Of a stretch of 64,000 nt of DNA, positions 48,184 to 57,736 are shown piece by piece. The position numbers and the translations under genes are program-made. The notes under the pieces are model-generated. The model had not been told where the DNA came from, did not search any database, and worked only from the letters and a program-made list of their open reading frames with translations. The first letter of the stretch is position 1; each line of letters starts with the position of its first letter. Origin of the DNA: a virus (lineage: Duplodnaviria > Caudoviricetes); the IMG/VR virus record IMGVR_UViG_3300033463_000085, positions 1-64,000 of that record, one strand, 5' to 3'.

Positions 48184-48937
48184 TCTTGACTCCTATCGTT
48201 TCCTTTTTGCGCTTTTCCTCCGCATCCCTCTCGCGGCGGCGCTTCTCGTCGCGCCAAGCGAACGCGAGCTTGGCCCGCCATCCGTTGGCGACTATCTTCT
48301 GCCCGCGCGTGTCGCGCCATTGGCTCGTTTGCATGATGGCGTACCATTCGCGGGCGAATTCCTCCGGTATGACCTCGCCTCCGGCCCTGTGGACGCCATC
48401 TGCGGCCACCTTCAGAACTAGGTCGAGCGTCGGGTGGTTTCCGTCGGCGGGCGGATTTGCCGCCACACCGTCCTGTGTCCGCTGGATTCCGTTGTTTCCG
48501 CCGGATTCCGTGGATTCCGTGGATTCCACCGGAATCCGCGTGACATCGGCCTCAACGCGCGCACGCGCGACGCGCGCGTTATTGTTAATAATATTATTAT
48601 TTTGTTTATAAGAGAGTGAGTGCGTAATAGGGGGGTGAAGGGGGGAAGGCTCCTTCGCGCTCTCTTGTCCGTCCGTTTCCTTGTTGTCCGGCGGATTCCG
48701 CGTGACATTTGCGCGGCTTCTGCGCTTGCGCTCCCTGTCGAGCTTCCTCCTGTGCTCCTCCTTTTCGTCCATCCAGCTTGAAGCGTTGCCTATCATCTGG
48801 GCCATCAGATTCTCGTCCTCTGTCGCGTCCGGCACCTTCTGCCGACCGAGCATCCGGCAAACCCTGCCTACCTTGGCCGTGTCCTCGCAGGTCTTGAGGA
48901 AGTTCCACAGCATCTCCGGTTTTATCATTTGGGGCAA
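48152..48937 (-). CDS. Replication initiator (replisome organiser)
   Basis: Upstream of DnaC-like gene; RERKRRSR linker; internal iterons; C-term W...W.A...W domain. Confidence 0.7.
   Translation of the reverse strand: MPQMIKPEMLWNFLKTCEDTAKVGRVCRMLGRQKVPDATEDENLMAQMIGNASSWMDEKEEHRRKLDRERKRRSRANVTRNPPDNKETDGQESAKEPSPLHPPITHSLSYKQNNNIINNNARVARARVEADVTRIPVESTESTESGGNNGIQRTQDGVAANPPADGNHPTLDLVLKVAADGVHRAGGEVIPEEFAREWYAIMQTSQWRDTRGQKIVANGWRAKLAFAWRDEKRRRERDAEEKRKKETIGVKIDDENYQIRL
48484..48708. other. Putative replication origin (iterons plus AT-rich tract)
   Basis: GGATTCC at 48484, 48503, 48512, 48521, 48693; GGAWTCCGCGTGACAT twice; AT tract about 48579-48611. Confidence 0.65.
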
Positions 48938-49001
48938 TCCTTCGTTGAACGGCGGGGCGGCCTTGCGACCGCCGCCGTCATATTGGCCGATTCCGTAAAC
49001 T

Positions 49002-50069
49002 TCACCCGGCGACGCCCTCCTCGGGAATCTCCTTGTGCTCCACGACCTCGTATGTGACGCCGTTCGCCGCCATCGCCTCGCGAATCTTCGTGAGGGCCGA
49101 GAACGTCCCCTGCACCTTGATGAAGAACCAGTAGGATTTCTCCCTTTGCTTCTGCGGGGCGGCCTGTTCGGGTGCTGTGGCGGGCGCGGCGGCCCCAGCG
49201 GTCTGCGCCGCCTGTTCCTCCGCCTCCACGGGCGCGGGTTGCTGCACCGCGCCGTCGCGGCGCTTCGCGGCGAGGTCGGCCTTGGCTCGTTCCATCGCCT
49301 CCGCCCTCTTGCGCTCCTCCTCCGCCCTCGCTTCCTCGGCCTCGCGGCGCTTGCGCTCCTCCTCGGCCTTCATGCGTTCGGCGGCGGCCCTCTGCTCCTT
49401 GAACCTCTTGACCTCCGCCGCCGCATCCGCCATGTCGAATCGGCGGCACAGGGCGAATTTCGCGGCCGTGCGCACCTCCGCGTCCTCGTCCGCGTATATC
49501 TCCGCAAGGGAGGCGAGCGCGGCCTTGCAGCGCTGAATCTCGGCGTTCATCTGCATGGCCGCCTTTGTTTCGCTGACGCTCTTGTTGAGCCAGTTTCCGG
49601 CGGTCTTGGGGTCTGTCTGCGCGGCGAAGAATTCCCGCCAATGCGAGGTCTTGCGCTCCGGTGCCTCCATGTCGTCGCCGAACGCCTCCGCGAGGCGGTT
49701 GGCGAACTGCGCCGTCAGGGTCTTTCGCTTCTCGTCCACGCGCCTCTTCTCGAACTCGGCGAGCTGCGAGTCGATGCCCTTCGCCGTGCTCTTGCCAAGC
49801 TCCTCAAGTTCCTTGGCCTTGGCCTCGAATGATTCCATCGGGGCGAGCCACCGCGCCTTGGTGTCGATTCGCGCCCTCGAAATGGCGGCGACGACCTTGT
49901 TTATCTCGGCTCGGTCGTCCTTTGCCCTCTTTATCGCGTCCTCGGTGACGACGAGCCCCTTGAACTTCTCAAGGTACGACTCCATCGCCGCCTTCAACTC
50001 CGGGTAGTTGAATTCTATCGCGGCAGGGAGCGATTCGATGTCTGTCGTGATTCTAAGCTGCAAATCCAT
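49002..50069 (-). CDS. DUF1351-like protein
   Basis: IEFNYPELKA...YLEKFKGLVVT...AK.DRA.INK; typical neighbour of recombination genes. Confidence 0.75.
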   Translation of the reverse strand: MDLQLRITTDIESLPAAIEFNYPELKAAMESYLEKFKGLVVTEDAIKRAKDDRAEINKVVAAISRARIDTKARWLAPMESFEAKAKELEELGKSTAKGIDSQLAEFEKRRVDEKRKTLTAQFANRLAEAFGDDMEAPERKTSHWREFFAAQTDPKTAGNWLNKSVSETKAAMQMNAEIQRCKAALASLAEIYADEDAEVRTAAKFALCRRFDMADAAAEVKRFKEQRAAAERMKAEEERKRREAEEARAEEERKRAEAMERAKADLAAKRRDGAVQQPAPVEAEEQAAQTAGAAAPATAPEQAAPQKQREKSYWFFIKVQGTFSALTKIREAMAANGVTYEVVEHKEIPEEGVAG

Positions 50070-50149
50070 GTCGTGTTCTCCTTTTCGCGCTGGAGCGGGG
50101 CGGAACGGAAGCGTCGCGTCCTCCGTCCGCCCCGGCCCCGTCGCATGGT

Positions 50150-51103
50150 TTAGAGGGGCAGCCGTTCCGCGACGACCGCCGCCGCAGGGGCCTCCTTCGC
50201 CGGAACTGGCTCCGGCTGCCTATCGCCTCCCGCGTTCACGCCGAGGGCGGCGCGGAGCTTGTCGTTTCCGGCCTGGGGCTGCGCTTGCGGCTGGACGACC
50301 TCGCCGTCTATCGTCTCGCCCTTGAAGTAGTCCTCCTTCGTCCCCATCCCGTCCTTAAGCGAGTTGTAGACGTTGCGGAGGTCGACGACCTGCGCCGGAA
50401 GGATGGCCTCTATCTTGCGCTGGATGCGGCGCTCGATGTCCGCCTTGCCGACATTGAACTGCTTGAAGGCGTCGAGAAGCTTCTTTATGCCCTCCGCCGA
50501 TGTGTCGGCCGTGGCCTTGAGCGTGGAGTTGCACTGCTCCACCGCCATGTCCACGATGTCGCCAGGGACTCCGGCGAGGATGCACGCCCGCTTGCGGCGG
50601 GCCGCCTCGTTCGCACACTTCTCGTAGACATCGCGGGGGTCCGTGAGCAGATAGTCGCCGCCCCGCGTGTGGCGGATTTTGCTGACCGTGAAAGTCACGG
50701 TGTTGCGGCTGTTCTTCTCCTTGTCCCATGCGTAGGCCTCGCACTTCACGAAGTCCTCGCCCTGCTCAAGCTCGCGCCACCCCGCGTCGAAGTTGCCCAT
50801 GCACCGCACAAGCACCTCCGCGAGCCGGATGGACGGGCCTGTTATGGGCTCGGTCGCACCCTTGCGCGAATAGGCGTAGACCGCCCTCTGCGCAAGCTCC
50901 TGCCTCATGCACTCGCGCTTTACGTCCTCGCGAACCTGTATGAGGTCGCGGGGGAACATCTTGGCCATCTGTATGGCCGCGACGCTTTCGGCGAGTTCCC
51001 TTGTCTGCGCGACGGCGACCGCCGCGCTGTTGCTCATTATCGAGCCGCCAATCAGGCCGCCGCCGTGCGGTGGCTGCCGTCCTGTCGATACCTCGTTGCT
51101 CAT
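50150..51103 (-). CDS. Putative single-strand annealing/recombination protein
   Basis: Adjacent to YqaJ; AKMFPRD...AVYAY...ITGPSIRLAE...GN. Confidence 0.55.
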   Translation of the reverse strand: MSNEVSTGRQPPHGGGLIGGSIMSNSAAVAVAQTRELAESVAAIQMAKMFPRDLIQVREDVKRECMRQELAQRAVYAYSRKGATEPITGPSIRLAEVLVRCMGNFDAGWRELEQGEDFVKCEAYAWDKEKNSRNTVTFTVSKIRHTRGGDYLLTDPRDVYEKCANEAARRKRACILAGVPGDIVDMAVEQCNSTLKATADTSAEGIKKLLDAFKQFNVGKADIERRIQRKIEAILPAQVVDLRNVYNSLKDGMGTKEDYFKGETIDGEVVQPQAQPQAGNDKLRAALGVNAGGDRQPEPVPAKEAPAAAVVAERLPL

Positions 51104-51156
51104 TTTCGTGTTCTCCTTGTTTGTTTTTTTCCTGTTTTTGGCTTACGCCAAATCCC

Positions 51157-52110
51157 CTATGCCGCCTTGGTCGCCTTTGGCTTGAACGGCCTGTCGCCTG
51201 GACTTGTTATCGTGTAGGCCGCAACCTGCTCCGTCGAGGCGTTGAGGGCGAGCGCGAGGCCCTCCCAATCCGTCTTGCACTTGTCGCGGTTGTTCTTCCA
51301 TGTGGCGAGGATGTTGTCCTCGTCGTCCATTAGGGCCTCGGCGTCCTTCATGAACGCGCATATCTCGGTCTTTAGCTTCTCCCCCTGCTCCTTGGCGGCC
51401 TTCTCCGCCGCCTTGGCCTCCTTGAACTGCTCGAGCTTGCGCTTTATGTCGTCGTTCGCGACGATCTTCTTGCCGGGGCTCGAAATCGCGTAGATTATCT
51501 TGTTGTCCTCCTCGCACGACGGGGGCGGCATCTTCCCGCCGACCACATATTCGTCCCACCACGCGGCGAGGCGCGTCTGCATCGCCTTAATCACCTCGTC
51601 GTCGCGCTCCACGCGGTATGTCTCGAAGCGCTTGTGCGTGAGGAACAGGGCGGCGACATCCGCGTGCTTGAGGCGTTCGTCGAGGCCCATGTAGTGCTGA
51701 ACCTGCGTGACGTAGTAGAGCGGAACGCCGTCCGTCCAGTCCACGCTCGTCGTCTTGCATTCGAGAAGCGTGTCCGTTCGAATCTCGCCCATGTGTGAGG
51801 CCACCTTCTGGCCTTCGGGAACCACAAGCCTGTCGAGGTTGCCGAGGAAGCACCCCTTGTGGAGCATCTTGTTGAAGCGCTGGACGACGCGCCCCGTTTC
51901 CTGCGCGTAGCGTCGGGCCACGAAATCCTCAAGCTCCGTGCCTATCCTCATGGCCTCCGTTTCCGGCTTGTCGGGTGCGCGGCCCGTCTTGTCGAGCCAT
52001 ACCGTGAGAGGCGTCGCCCAGGGGCTCATGCCCAGAATGGCGGCAACATCGGAGCCGCCGATGCCCTTGCGGCGCTCGGCGAGCCATTCCTGTCTTTCCT
52101 TAGGTGTCAT
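51157..52110 (-). CDS. YqaJ-like viral recombinase exonuclease
   Basis: WLAERRKGIGGSD..AI.G, G..LE, NLDR, LECKT, Y..QVQHYM. Confidence 0.92.
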   Translation of the reverse strand: MTPKERQEWLAERRKGIGGSDVAAILGMSPWATPLTVWLDKTGRAPDKPETEAMRIGTELEDFVARRYAQETGRVVQRFNKMLHKGCFLGNLDRLVVPEGQKVASHMGEIRTDTLLECKTTSVDWTDGVPLYYVTQVQHYMGLDERLKHADVAALFLTHKRFETYRVERDDEVIKAMQTRLAAWWDEYVVGGKMPPPSCEEDNKIIYAISSPGKKIVANDDIKRKLEQFKEAKAAEKAAKEQGEKLKTEICAFMKDAEALMDDEDNILATWKNNRDKCKTDWEGLALALNASTEQVAAYTITSPGDRPFKPKATKAA

Positions 52111-52146
52111 GTGCGTGTTCTCCTTTTGGTTTTCCGTCAAATGATG

Positions 52147-52407
52147 CTAGGCGCGGGCGTTCCTTCTCCCACGATTGTCCCCACACCTACCGCCAAAAAA
52201 AATGGCGCGTTTGCGCTTCGCGCTTTCGCGTCCAATCGCCCGAGCCGTCCCGGCGATGTCCTTGGCGGCGCGGCGAAGCCCCTTGCGGAGGGCTTCGTTC
52301 GCGTCGATTCCCTTTGCTCGCAGGGCCTTTATCAGGTCTGCGATGTCCTCGTCAACGGTGATTCGGGTTCGCTTGAGCGAAGCCGGAGCGTCGTGATGTT
52401 TTGTCAT
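52147..52407 (-). CDS. Ribbon-helix-helix-like regulator
   Basis: RTRITVDEDIADLI...DANEALRKGL. Confidence 0.55.
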   Translation of the reverse strand: MTKHHDAPASLKRTRITVDEDIADLIKALRAKGIDANEALRKGLRRAAKDIAGTARAIGRESAKRKRAIFFGGRCGDNRGRRNARA

Positions 52408-52673
52408 TTTGTTTTCCTTTTTTCCTTTTTGCTTTTGGTTTCTGGTTTGTCGCCAGATTTTGCGAATGACCAGTCCGCAGCGTCGCCGCCGTCCGGTAGT
52501 CTGCGAGGCGGAACAATCCCGTTCGCCTTCGCCGCCTTCTCAAGCATGTACCGAAGAACCTCGGCCATCGAATTGGCCGAACTTAGGTTCTTCAACTCCT
52601 CGAAAACGCGCCGCTCCTCCTTGTCGAGGAAGAAATCGACCCGTCTTTTGCCTCGTTTTCTCTGCCCTGGCAT
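52404..52673 (-). CDS. Ribbon-helix-helix-like regulator, candidate repressor
   Basis: RRVDFFLDKEERRVFEEL...SMAEVLRYML; start refined to ATG 52673. Confidence 0.6.
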   Translation of the reverse strand: MPGQRKRGKRRVDFFLDKEERRVFEELKNLSSANSMAEVLRYMLEKAAKANGIVPPRRLPDGGDAADWSFAKSGDKPETKSKKEKRKTK

Positions 52674-52739
52674 TTTGTCGTGTCTCCTTTCCCTTTTCTG
52701 TATTTGAACCGCCCGACCCATTGAGGGCCAGCGCGGGAT

Positions 52740-52787
52740 ATTATAGCAAAGGTGTGGGGACAAAGCAAGGGCGAATCTTGAAGATTC
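52740..52787 (-). promoter_or_regulatory. Promoter of RHH operon with operator inside spacer
   Basis: TTGCTT-17bp (containing TGTCCCCACACC)-TATAAT; palindrome GAATCTTGAAGATTC upstream. Confidence 0.75.
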
Positions 52788-52873
52788 TTTCTCTCCGGCG
52801 CACTTTCTTCCGTTCTTGCCCGCTTTGACAGGATTATGGTATAATATGTCCCGACACGACGGAGAACACGGCA

Positions 52874-53935
52874 ATGACTAAGAAGGAGCTTGGGCGGGCT
52901 GTATCGGCTTTCGCGGAGAAAATCGCGGTCGAGCAGCGGGAAATCCAGCGCGGGTCGAAAGACCCGGAATCGAACACGAGCGCAATCATACAGGAGTTCC
53001 TGTCCTCGCTCGGCTACGGCATAGGTCGCGGCGGCGGAATGGAGCGCGAGTTCCGCGTGGCGGCTATGGACGCCGACGACAAGTGCGACTACGCCCTGTG
53101 GGGCGACGGGCGGCGCAACCCGAAGCCGGACATCCTCGTCGAGGTCAAGGCCATAACCAAGAGCCTCGATTCCAAGAAGTACGAGAACCAGCTATACGGC
53201 TACGCCGTGCGCGGCGGCGTGAATTGGGCCATACTGACGAATGGTATGCGGTGGCGAGGATTCAAGCGTCAGAGGCGCGGCGGTGGCGTCGCCCTCGTCC
53301 CCCTGTTCGACATTGAGGTCGGCGACGGGACGACCGACGAGGTGCTGGCCGTGTTCAACGCAATCTCTCGCGAGGGGATGCGCGACAAGATGTCGGCGTA
53401 CGAGAGGCGAGCCGCGATGTTCAAGCCGGAATTCATCGGCGAGCTTATTCTTTGCGACAAACCCGTGAAGTGCCTCGTCGGACTTATGAAGGAGCGCGGC
53501 GTCGATGTCACGCCGGACGAAATGCGGACAATGCTGCGCGAGCGAGTCGTCGGCTGCGCCGTCGCCGTGCCGGATAGGCCGACGCCTCAGACGGAAAGGC
53601 GCAGGGCGAGCCCGGATTCCGCGAACGGGGAATTCCTGCTCAAGGGGCGCGGCATGACCGCGAGGGGCCGGAGGGTTGACGAGGGATTCCTCGTGTTCGC
53701 CGGAACGCCCGTGTGCGACCCCGTGCCGAGCTTCCTGTCTAGCTGCCGTTCGGCTGTTCGCTTGCGCGAGGCCCTTGAGGCCGACGGGACGATTGCCGAC
53801 GGGGCGTTCACGAAGGACTATGTATTCTCGTCCTCGTCCGCCGCCGCGAGCATCGTGATGGGACGCGCCTCGAACGGCCCGAAGGAGTGGAGGAACGCCG
53901 ACGGAATATCGCTCGGCGAGATCGTTTCCGGCTGA
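52874..53935 (+). CDS. HsdR_N-like PD-(D/E)XK nuclease fused to DUF4357/RAMA-like domain
   Basis: II..FL..LGY, CDYAL...ILVEVKA, QL..Y, AILTNG..W; C-term GFLVFAG...FTKDYVFSSSSAAA.IVMGRASNGPKEWRNADG. Confidence 0.8.
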   Translation: MTKKELGRAVSAFAEKIAVEQREIQRGSKDPESNTSAIIQEFLSSLGYGIGRGGGMEREFRVAAMDADDKCDYALWGDGRRNPKPDILVEVKAITKSLDSKKYENQLYGYAVRGGVNWAILTNGMRWRGFKRQRRGGGVALVPLFDIEVGDGTTDEVLAVFNAISREGMRDKMSAYERRAAMFKPEFIGELILCDKPVKCLVGLMKERGVDVTPDEMRTMLRERVVGCAVAVPDRPTPQTERRRASPDSANGEFLLKGRGMTARGRRVDEGFLVFAGTPVCDPVPSFLSSCRSAVRLREALEADGTIADGAFTKDYVFSSSSAAASIVMGRASNGPKEWRNADGISLGEIVSG

Positions 53936-53983
53936 TTCATAATCCGCAGAACCCCCGCATTTACGGCCATTATCGGGCCAACG

Positions 53984-54010
53984 ACCCCTCCGCTCCTGGA
54001 GGGGTAAAAA
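53984..54010. terminator. Hairpin between nuclease gene and early cassette A
   Basis: ACCCCTCC/GGAGGGGT 8-bp stem. Confidence 0.5.
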
Positions 54011-54013
54011 ATT

Positions 54014-54138
54014 ATTGAGAATTCTCAAGAAGCCCCCTTGCGGGGCCGTGTTCTTTTTGCTAAGATATGCGGCGGTATGGGGACACCAGCCCCCACACCG
54101 ACCAACAAACGAAAAGGCAAAGAAAAGGAGAACACGAC
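54014..54138 (+). promoter_or_regulatory. Early promoter cassette A
   Basis: TTGAGAATTCTCAA palindrome, TTGCGG-17bp-TAAGAT, GGTATGGGGACA...CCCCACACC, GGAGAACACG RBS. Confidence 0.75.
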
Positions 54139-55116
54139 ATGCTAGGCATACAGGCAAACGACATCTGCTATTCGACGGCGAATGGCGGGCACAACCCGTT
54201 CAACACGGACGGCGTTGCGAGGACTACGCTCGACCCCGAGTTCGCGAGGCAGGCTCTCAACTTCCGCATAGAGAAGCGGCAGAGCTACGACCGCAACGGG
54301 AGGCCGATTCCGAAGAACTACCACCTCGTCAAGGACTCGGACAACTCGTTCATCCCGTCCAACGGCATCGGCGAGCAGTTCGTCCCGATTCAGCACCTCG
54401 ATGTCTACGACTACATTGTGAACAAGGTCATGCCGCAGGTTCCGCAGATGGAGCTGGAGATGGCCGGGACGATTCACGGCGGAGGCGTGGGGCTCATCGC
54501 CGCCAAGTTCGGCGACACCTTCTCAATGAAGGGCGACACCAGCGAAAACAACCTCCGCCTGTTCTTCGCCAACCCGTCCAACGGGACGGGCCGCATGGTT
54601 ATGGGCTTCACGACCGTGCGCGTGGTCTGCCAGAACACGCTCCTTGCGGCGACGAAGGAGGCGAGGGCCGACGGATTCCGCGTGACACACACCAAGAGCG
54701 CTGACACGCTCGCGTTCGAGGCTGTGAAGAGCATCGAGCGACAGGCGGTCGCGGCGCTCGAAATGAAGAGCCGCTGCGAGAGGCTTGCGGAAATCGGCGT
54801 CGATTCCGAAACCCTCGAACGCTGCCTCGACAAGATTTACCCGCTCTACGGAATCCCGCAGGATTCACCCGGCTACGCGAGGATGCTTCACCTCCGCGAG
54901 CGCGTCAAGGAGGAGTTCGAGGCGGGGGCGACGGCGCAGACGATAAAGACCGATTCCGCGTGGAAGCTGCTCAATGCGTTCACATACCCGATTTTCAACC
55001 CCGACAAGCTGCCGCCGAAGAAGGACCGTGCGGAAATCGCCTACAAGGGGATGATAGGGAGCGTCGCGGAAAAGACCGACAAGATTCTTCGCGCCGTCGA
55101 GGCCGTCGCGGCATAA
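54139..55116 (+). CDS. DUF932/DUF945-family protein
   Basis: LFFANPSNGTG....GFTTVRVVCQNTL; W.LLNA.T. Confidence 0.8.
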   Translation: MLGIQANDICYSTANGGHNPFNTDGVARTTLDPEFARQALNFRIEKRQSYDRNGRPIPKNYHLVKDSDNSFIPSNGIGEQFVPIQHLDVYDYIVNKVMPQVPQMELEMAGTIHGGGVGLIAAKFGDTFSMKGDTSENNLRLFFANPSNGTGRMVMGFTTVRVVCQNTLLAATKEARADGFRVTHTKSADTLAFEAVKSIERQAVAALEMKSRCERLAEIGVDSETLERCLDKIYPLYGIPQDSPGYARMLHLRERVKEEFEAGATAQTIKTDSAWKLLNAFTYPIFNPDKLPPKKDRAEIAYKGMIGSVAEKTDKILRAVEAVAA

Positions 55117-55136
55117 TCCGGAAGGGAGGCGGAACG

Positions 55137-55865
55137 ATGGACGACAACCTTCTGAAGCCGACGCCGGACGCCGCCGACTCGGTAATCGCCAAGATAAAAA
55201 AGGCGATACGCCTCGCAAGGGGGACGAGCGAAGCGGGGGAGCGGGAAACCGCCCTCCGCCTCGCCCGCTCGCTCGCCGAGAGGAACGGCCTTGCGTTCGA
55301 GGAGATAGACGAGAGCGCGGAGGAGGCGAAGGCCGTCCACATAAGCGACGACGCGGAGGAGCGCATAGATGGGCCGGAGGTCGGCTTCTCCTTCTCGATA
55401 GTCCACGACCACTTCGGCGTGGTGGCGATGGTGACGACGAGCAGACGCGACAGGGTTCACGGCCACTACTCGTGGTTCGGGCCGAGAATCAACATCGACA
55501 TTGCACGCCATGTGCACCACATCCTCCTCCGTGAATCACGCGCCGCGTTCCGCAGGGCGAGGAAGGCCGCACCCAGAATCAAGCGGCAGGCGTTCATGCA
55601 GGGCTTCTTCGTCGCAATCTACGTCAAGCTGACGGAGCATCCGCTTCGCAACGACCGCGAGGCGTTCGAGGCGGAGAAAAAGGCGGCGGAGAGGAAGTTC
55701 GAGGAGTTCAGGGCGAACAACAAGGTGCGCGAATCGCGCAAGCCAAGGGCCTCCGACGACCACAACGCCATAAGCATGGGCTACCACGACGGGGAGAGGG
55801 TGAACCTCGCCCGCCCGTGCGCGAACGCCGCCGCCGAAAGATGCGCACTTGAGGCCAGAGACTGA
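55137..55865 (+). CDS. DUF2786-containing protein
   Basis: IAKIKKAIRLA...E.E.A...A..L..RNGL; ..F..GF; G...G....L. Confidence 0.75.
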   Translation: MDDNLLKPTPDAADSVIAKIKKAIRLARGTSEAGERETALRLARSLAERNGLAFEEIDESAEEAKAVHISDDAEERIDGPEVGFSFSIVHDHFGVVAMVTTSRRDRVHGHYSWFGPRINIDIARHVHHILLRESRAAFRRARKAAPRIKRQAFMQGFFVAIYVKLTEHPLRNDREAFEAEKKAAERKFEEFRANNKVRESRKPRASDDHNAISMGYHDGERVNLARPCANAAAERCALEARD

Positions 55866-55886
55866 AACCAAAGGAAAGGAACCAAA

Positions 55887-56354
55887 ATGCTGACATACGA
55901 ACACGGAAGCAAGAAAGGCGTCGGCTCGCGCCTGTGCGTGGACATCGAGGATGGCCACGGCGGGCGGAATGGCCGCGTTAGAATAGACATCTACAGGCAG
56001 TCCAACGACGAGGACACGGCTTGCGCCGGAGCCAAGAAGTGGGAGTTCGCGGACGGCAATCCGGCGACGGCCGCGCTGACCGCGCCGCAATGCGCCCACA
56101 TCCTGTCCGTCCTTCGCGGCGAGGCCAAATCCATACTCGGCGGCAAGGGCCTCGTCGTGGCGGAGGACGACCGCACGGCCATAGTCCACATAGATGCCGT
56201 TTCGAAGCCCTACGATTCGTTCCAGCTCCACATCAAGACGCAATGGGCGAACGGCGATAAGTCCGAGGGCCGATTCCTTCTCAATCTCACCGAGGCGCTG
56301 TCGCTCAAGACCGCTCTTGAGAGCGCGATGGGGCGCGTCGCCTTCGGGCGGTGA
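55887..56354 (+). CDS. Hypothetical protein (two similar beta-rich halves)
   Basis: 155-aa ORF with RBS. Confidence 0.65.
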   Translation: MLTYEHGSKKGVGSRLCVDIEDGHGGRNGRVRIDIYRQSNDEDTACAGAKKWEFADGNPATAALTAPQCAHILSVLRGEAKSILGGKGLVVAEDDRTAIVHIDAVSKPYDSFQLHIKTQWANGDKSEGRFLLNLTEALSLKTALESAMGRVAFGR

Positions 56355-56390
56355 CACCACAACACGAAATCCAAAAGGAGAACACGAAAA

Positions 56391-57542
56391 ATGCAAATCG
56401 AAACGATAAAGACGACCTTTGCGAACGCGGTGTCCCGCGTATCGAGGGTCATAAGCGCGTCGTGCGCGAACGACAACGCCGCGTTCGGCTGCGTCCTCAT
56501 TGAGGGCGCGGAGGGCAAGGTGAAGCTAACGGGGACCAACGGCGACATCCTCATTTCGACGGAGATTGCCTGCGAGGTTTCCAGGCCTACGAGCATGGCC
56601 GTCCCCGCCGGACTGCTGAACAAGCTTCTTTCGGCCCTGCCGGAGGGCGTCCTTCAAATCGCCTACGACAGCAAGGCTCTCAAGGTCGAGGTGAAGAGCA
56701 GCGTCGGGCGCACCAAGATCGCTTGCGTCGAGCCGGATAAGTTCCCCAAGGCGGCGGAGGACGACGAGATGACGAGCCTTGCAATCCAGAACGCGGCCCT
56801 CCGCGAAATCCTGCGCAAGACCTCATACGCCGCTTCCACGGACGACACGCGCAAGACCCTCCGCAACACACTGTTCGCGCTCCGCGCCGACGGCCTTACG
56901 GCTGTCGCCACAAACGGGAGGCTCCTCGCCAAGGTGGACTACTCGCGGGACATGGAGGGCTCGCTGGAGGGCGACATCGAAATCCTCGTGCCGCCGACGG
57001 CCTGCTCGCTTCTCGCCGACAAGGCAATCCTCGGCGGCGACGGAGTTGTGCGCATAGAGGTTCCGGCGACCAACCGCGTGTACGCCAAGTTCACATGCGG
57101 CGACACGGTTCTTCGCACGAGGCTGTTCGACGATGTTTTCCCGAGCTACGGAAAGGTCATCCCGGCTGACAGCGGAACGCCCGCGACGATAGACAGGCAG
57201 AGGCTTGTGGACGCGATAGAACGCGCCTCCATCTTCTCTCCTTCCGGCGAAAGCGGATACGTCTCGCTGACATTCGCGCCGGACGGCTCGCTCCGCGTGG
57301 AATCGCAGAAGTCCGAGGCGGGAAACTCCGACGAGACGATGCAGATAGACTACAAGGGCGGCAAGGTGCGGATGCTGGTGGCGAAGCGCTACATAATGCC
57401 GATTCTCAAGGCGATAGACGACGACGAGGTTGCAATCCACATATCGTCGGGCCACAGCCCGCTGATGGTGAAGTGTTCGATTCCCTTCCTCGCCGTGGTT
57501 ATGCCGATGCGCGACGAAAGCACGGTGGGAGGAGCGGCGTGA
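56391..57542 (+). CDS. dnaN: DNA polymerase III beta sliding clamp
   Basis: 383 aa; LTGTNGD, YAASTDDTR..L, VATNGRLL, FPSY.KVIP, AVVMPMR. Confidence 0.92.
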   Translation: MQIETIKTTFANAVSRVSRVISASCANDNAAFGCVLIEGAEGKVKLTGTNGDILISTEIACEVSRPTSMAVPAGLLNKLLSALPEGVLQIAYDSKALKVEVKSSVGRTKIACVEPDKFPKAAEDDEMTSLAIQNAALREILRKTSYAASTDDTRKTLRNTLFALRADGLTAVATNGRLLAKVDYSRDMEGSLEGDIEILVPPTACSLLADKAILGGDGVVRIEVPATNRVYAKFTCGDTVLRTRLFDDVFPSYGKVIPADSGTPATIDRQRLVDAIERASIFSPSGESGYVSLTFAPDGSLRVESQKSEAGNSDETMQIDYKGGKVRMLVAKRYIMPILKAIDDDEVAIHISSGHSPLMVKCSIPFLAVVMPMRDESTVGGAA

Positions 57543-57736
57543 TGGCAAGTGGCGTGGTTGTCGAGCTGCCTTGCAATGCTGCGGAATTGAAGGCGAAGAT
57601 TCGCTGCTTCTGCCGCGAGCATGGATGCTTCGACACGGCTATCGCCGTGCCAGCGAGGCACCTCGGCAAACGCGCCGTGCGCATTTTCAACCCGGAAAAC
57701 AGAAAGGAGAATAAGTCATGCAAGGTGAAACCGTAG
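57542..57736 (+). CDS. Small hypothetical protein
   Basis: ATG overlapping dnaN stop with GGAGGAG RBS. Confidence 0.45.
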   Translation: MASGVVVELPCNAAELKAKIRCFCREHGCFDTAIAVPARHLGKRAVRIFNPENRKENKSCKVKP

